Assembly (NCBI GenBank): GCA_004431415.1 | Contig: QPMI01000188.1 | Coordinates: forward strand, 1 to 64,000 | DNA length: 64,000 nucleotides | Reading direction: 5' to 3' | Source of the DNA: Cyanophora paradoxa CCMP329 | Lineage: Eukaryota; Plantae; Glaucophyta | Part shown: positions 58,993 through 64,000 of the stretch, in pieces | Layout: every line of letters begins with the position of its first letter | Position numbering within the stretch: the stretch's first letter is position 1 | Notes under the pieces: model-generated | The model's database searches: none | Told to the model about the DNA's origin: nothing | The model's input: the letters and a program-made list of their open reading frames with translations, nothing else | Translations under genes and position numbers: made by a program

Positions 58993-61362
58993 ATGCGCGG
59001 CACCGAGGTCTTTCGTTCTTTCCTTTTCGCTTCTTTCCTCTCCCGCGTCGCCGAGCTCGTCCCTGCAGGCGCCTTCCGCAATCGGAGGAGAGGTAGATGG
59101 GCCGGGAGCGTTAGAGAGGGCGATCGAAGTCGTTCGGTCGGCCGTACGCCGTGCCGAGGCTGCTGAGGTCAGCTTCTGCATGCGCATATCGATCTTTTGA
59201 TCTTCGGACGCTCTCTGAACTCCCCCGATTCTGCTGCCTGTCTTCAGGCCGAAATCAAGACGTTAAAGCGCAAGGTCGCCGAGCAGGAGGACGAGTTGAC
59301 CGAGTTGCGGGTGCGGCACCGGCTCCCACCCTCCTGTCCTCCCGCCAAGGCTCATTCCAGGCCGAGGCAGGAGCTCAAGCGCCGGCGGGACAACGGGACG
59401 TTCGACGCACTGCCGGATGCCATCCTCGGCAACGTGCTCAGGGCGCTCGGGCTGTCGGAGTGCTGGCCGATGCGCCGCGTATGCAGGTCCGCCTCGCAAT
59501 TGCCCTAATTCTGATTCGGTCTAAGCGAGCGCCGGCTCGCAGGCGTTGGAAGAGGGTGGTCGAGGAGACGGACTGGGCAAGCGTCGCGCTGTATCTGAAG
59601 GGCGTGGAGGGGTGCGATGCCGCGCTGGAGCGTCTCGAGGAGCGAAGGCTTCGGCTCAGCAGCGGCGCCAGCGTACGCGTGTTTCTGCAGGTGGATTTCT
59701 ACGATGTCTGGACGATGGACTACAGCACGATAGCGCAGCGCGTCTCAGGGGCGTCGGCAGCGGCCTGCAGGCTTCTTGAAGTAATCGCGCACAAGCACAC
59801 CGGACCAGCGGGGCTGCGAGAGATAGCAGTCGAGCTCGTCAGCACGCAGTCGATCGCCCTCCAGCTGTATCACTTCGGTGACAACTTCCTGCCCGCCTAC
59901 GTGATCGGCGTGCTGGAGGCGCTGCGTCCAGCAAACGGATCAGCTCCAGCCGCCGCGAGCGCTCTTGAGAGCCTGGCCATCGGCCTCGCCAGTGGAGACG
60001 GCGGCGGTTTTTACTCATTCCACTGGTGCGGCAATAATGGGCTTCCGTGGCCCTCAGCCGTGGATCTCAGACTCGCCCTCGCGCCCTTCGGCAAGCTGCG
60101 CAGCCTCACCCTCGGCTTCAACTCTGCCGACGCTGGCGCCAGCCCGGAAGCTGCAGCCTCCATCGCCGCAGCCTGCCCCCGCCTGCGCTCCCTCGGGTTC
60201 GCCCCGCAAAAAGAATCGGTCGACGGCGTGCTGGCGGCCCTCGCTCCCCTGGAGCAACTGGAGGAGCTCGTAGTGATGGGATCAGTGTTCAGCGAAGCGG
60301 GGCTGGCCGCTCTCGCCGACGGCGCCGCGGGCAAGAGCCTCCGTGAGATTTCTTTCTCGGCCTCGACATCACTGTGGAAGTGCGTGTTCCCCCCCCCCCC
60401 CCCCGCACCCATTCCCCCCCCTCCCCCCCCCCCCCCTCCTCCCCCCGGCGTCCCCGTTCCGTCTTTGTCGCTGATGTTTGTTCCGTGCGCAGACGACGGG
60501 TGCAGCCGCGCACGCTACGATGGCTAGACCCCAGTTGTAATACTGGCAGCTTCCGCGGCCCCGTCCTTCTCGCGCTCGGCCGCATGCCGAAGCTCGAATC
60601 CGTCGGACCGCTGTCGGTCAGCCCCTGGAGCATTATGATTTGCTGTCGTACCCGCGCTGAGCCCCTCGCAGATGTCAAGTATGCTCTTACCCGACGAAGT
60701 GCGAGAGCTGGGCCGCATCGCAAGTCTGCGCAAGCTGTCCCTTCGCTTCAACGGCCTTGGAACTAGGACAGGCGGCTGGAATCCTGCTAACCTGCGCGTT
60801 CTGCGAGATGCCCTCTCGAGCCTCCCATGCTTGGAGGAGCTGGACCTAGGATTGCAAAGTGAGCATTGCACCTCTGCCCTGCGGGCTCTCAGTCTCTCAT
60901 CTGGGGCCGGGACCAGATCATGTCGGATTCCCGGACGACGTGGTTGCTTTCCTCGGGAGCGCCGGCGTGCGGCGCGCCCTGACAGACTTCGTCCTGGTGC
61001 ACGAGGACGACCGGCCCCTCGCGGAGGCCGAGGCCGAGGCGATCGTGGCGCTGCCGGCCCTCCGGCGCCTCCACGTCAACTACGCCGCCCGATTCCCCGA
61101 TCGACCCGGCCCGTTCGAGGCCCGCCCGTTCGAGGTGCACATGCCTTTACAAGTTAGCTTGCCCCATCGATCGCTCGACCCTGACCCCGCCCTCGCCGCG
61201 GCCGCGCAGGTCCTCCGCGGCCTTCGCCCCGAGGTCGAAGTGCGGGTCAACGTGAAACACTCGTTTGACCCGGACGGAGCGACGGCGGGAGAGAACGCCA
61301 AGGCCGCCATCAACGCGAGCTTCGCCGGGCGCCACCCCGCAGTCGTAGCGCAGTCGATCTGA
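58993..61362 (+). CDS. F-box/LRR-like protein with N-terminal coiled coil
   Basis: EIKTLKRKVAEQEDELTELR; FDALPDAILGNVLRALGLSECWPMRRVCRRWKRVV; LRSLTLGF, ACPRLRSLGF, LEQLEEL, LRKLSL, LPCLEELDL. Confidence 0.85.
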
Positions 61363-61440
61363 ATGTTGTCCGCACGTGCACTGCAAATGTGATCTTGAGT
61401 ACATGTGATCTACTCGAGGCTTGCGGGGGCCCGGGGCCGG

Positions 61441-63500
61441 CTAGGCGGAGGGGGCGGGGAGGGGCCCGGCGCGGGCGGCGGCGAGGGGCTCGCGATCGGG
61501 GATGAGCTCGAGGCGGAAGCCGTCCTCCCGCGGGGCCGCCCGCCCCAGCGCCCCCAGCAGCTCGCGGTGCCGCTCGGATCGGAGGAGGGCGCCGCCTCCA
61601 TCCGCCCCCGCACCGCCTCCAGCTGCCGCCAGGCCGGCAGGCAGAGCGGGCACTCGCCCCCGCTCGGCGCCCGCTCGTGGTACGCGTGCCCGCAGCTGCA
61701 GCCAAAGTGCGCGGCCGGCAGGTCCAGCGGCGACGCGCACGCCGCGCACTTCGACGACTGCCGGGGGGGTACTGCGTCAGGGCTGGGGATGGGGGGGGGG
61801 CGGACGAAAGGGGGGTAGGCGCGCCTGGTAGATCTCGGCGGAGGAGCGGAGGCGGTCGATGCCGGCGCGGGCGCGGGCGGTGCGCTGCCGGAGGGCCTCA
61901 GCGGCCGCCCCCTCGGCCTCCGCCGCCTCGCGGCCCCAGGCGAGGGTCTTGGAGAGGTACCCCCGCACGTCCCCGAGGGCCAGGCCGCCCTCGCCGCCCT
62001 CGGGCGCGCCGGCGGCGAGGGCGCGGAAGACGAGGAGCGGGGGGAGCGCTCCCGTCGCCTCCACGGCGTCCAGGGAGCGCGCGAGGTGCCCCGGGGGAGG
62101 AGCAGCGACTCTGCTGCTGCTGCTGCTGCTGCGGCGGCGGCGGCCGCCTCGAGGAACGAGAGGAGCTCGGCGCCGTGCTCGGGGCCGAAGGGGGGCAGGA
62201 ACGGCTCCGGGTCCGCCCGCTGCCGCCGCGACGGTGCCAGCGGGAGGGCCCGGCTCGAGACGGGGCGGGAGGAGGAGGAGCCGGGGGGCGGCCGGCGGCC
62301 GGGGGGGGGGGGGGGGGGGGGGGGGGCGAGGAGGCGGCCGAGGGGCGGCCGAGGGCGCTGGCGGGGGCGGGGGCGGCGGGGCGGTGGCGAGGTTGCTGCG
62401 GGAGGGCGTCAGACGCGGGGGGGCGGGGCGGGCCGGGACGAGGCGGGGCCCGCCGCGTATGCGCACCCCGAGACGAGGTCGACCAGGAGGCCGGTCGCCT
62501 CTGCCGGCAGCTGCCGCAGGAGCTCCCGCCCGAACCTGCCCCACCGTCGGCCGGCGCGGCGCGGAGCGGAGCGGCGCGGGGCTGAAGAGGCGCACTGGAG
62601 GGCGTGGGCGAGGGCTGCGTCGAAGGGGAGGCGCCGGAGGTGGGCGGGGGCGGCGGCCGCGTCACGCAGCTCCTCGAGCTGGGCCCGCAGGTAGGCGGCG
62701 TGCAGGCCGTGGCGGCGGGCCGTGGCGCCGGGCGGCGTGCAGAGCACGCCGCTATGACGACGTGGCCCTCGTATTCGGGCCCCGAAGCGCTGCGCCGGTG
62801 GGTTCAGGGTCCGGGCGGGCGGTCGACGGGCCCGGGGGGGAGGGCGCGCGCGCGGGCCTAGGCCTGGACCCCGGAGCAAGTCGAGCGGCGCCTGCATCGG
62901 CGACGCGACGAGGCCGTCCGAAGAAAGATGAGCTCGAGCCCGGCGGCTGCAGCGCCTGCCCTCCGGTACCTGCGCCTGTCGACGTCAGCCGCCCGGGGTG
63001 CCGGCGGGGCGGGGCGGGGCGGGGCGGGGCGCGCTTCACGAGGTCAGCGAGGAGGAAGACGAGGAGGCCGGCGCCGGCCCCGGGGTCCGGCGCCCGCTCC
63101 GCCCGCGCCGGCCCCCGGGCCAGGTCGAAGTGCGCGGAAACGTCGCCGCATGCGCAGGCGCGCAGCAGGTTCCGCACGGCCGCCGCCGTCGCCCGCCAGC
63201 CCCGCGCCCACGCCTCCGGGGCCCCGGGCGTCGACGAGGCCGCGGAGGGATCGGATCGAGCAGCTGCGGGGCGAGCTCGAGTGAGGGGCGGGTGGAACTG
63301 CTGGGGCCGAGCGGCGCCGGGCGCACCTAGGCTGTACGAGCTGCCCCTGGACGTCGACGCTGCGGCGCTCCGAGCGCCACCTCCGGCACCTCTCGAGCTC
63401 ACCTCTGACACCTGGCGAGTAAGGGGTAGGCACACCGACCGCCAAGCCTGGCCGAGCGAACACAGCAGCGACCGTCGGACGTCGAACGAATCCAGCACGC
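61441..63500 (-). CDS. VPS11: Vps11-like protein (CHCR alpha-solenoid plus C-terminal RING); 5' end unresolved
   Basis: LEELRDAAA..HLRRLPF..RFGRELLRQLPAEATGLLVDL; LPPLLVFRALA..LGDVRGYL; IDRLRSSAEIYQ-SSKCAACASPLDLPAAHFGCSCGHAYHE..ECPLC. Confidence 0.6.
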
Positions 63501-64000
63501 CGGCATTAGCTTAGCTTAGAGAGCCAACCAGCTGCCGCTCCGAATGACGCGGCTGGTTTTAGCTGGCATCGGGCTTCGGGAAGATTCATGCGGGCCTTCC
63601 GGCTGGCGTCGCATGCTTCATTCCCGCGGCATGGCCATGCAATGCGCGAAGCTGCTCGAACTGCGGGCCGGTGGCTTCGATGGGCGGGCGCGGAGAGGAC
63701 CGGCATCCATGCAGCGACGCCGAAGCATTGCCCGGCAGCCACACAAGGAGTGAAGTCGTCTCCAGCGTGCACCGCTGCCTCTTTGCCCCGAACAGCAAGA
63801 CTCTGCGAGCGTCTAGCCCAGCGGCTGCCACTCGATCTCCCGTGTCGCTGCGGCAAGTCGGCGAGAGGGCCTTGGCCGTTGCAATTGGCCTCGGCCCTCC
63901 GCGAGATAGGGGTACGCTAGCAATTCAGCCCAGCAATTCAGCCCAGCCTTCAGTTCAAGCAGCGTCGCACGCGTTCGACACGCAGACGCCAAAACGGTAC

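Noticed and set aside
1-64000. Hundreds of long Arg/Pro/Gly/Ala-rich ORFs in the six-frame track
   Set aside because: They are artefacts of very high GC and intron read-through. The real genes are spliced subsets.

Overview
GC-rich eukaryotic nuclear DNA with compact genes split by many short introns. The gene content and intron style suggest a glaucophyte-like (Cyanophora-type) protist, but that is inference only. The raw ORF track is mostly misleading, so I rebuilt genes by eye across GT/GC-AG introns. Recognisable genes are a large ankyrin-repeat protein, two F-box/LRR proteins, an RNI-like LRR protein, a concentrative nucleoside transporter, F-actin capping protein beta, a two-UBL protein of unknown function, a P5A-type ATPase, a coiled-coil protein and a Vps11-like gene. 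A lower-GC accessory block (about 7.7-28 kb) holds three copies of a small gene with an Ada-like metal-binding motif, a Helitron2-like insertion, DNA-transposon-like repeats, a Ser/Pro-rich GPI-type surface protein gene and a gene with three AP2-like domains. The strongest unexplained signal comes from aligning duplicated segments. It is a pervasive insertion signature in which a 3-mer X becomes X-rc(X)-X (+6 bp) or X-C-rc(X)-G-X (+8 bp). This matches hairpin-type excision footprints of a C...G-ended transposon with a 3-bp target-site duplication (TSD). The signature is dense enough to make up whole intergenic tracts and to remodel proteins. GC-AG introns are also unusually frequent. Exon boundaries are approximate, and some frameshifts are probably sequencing errors.
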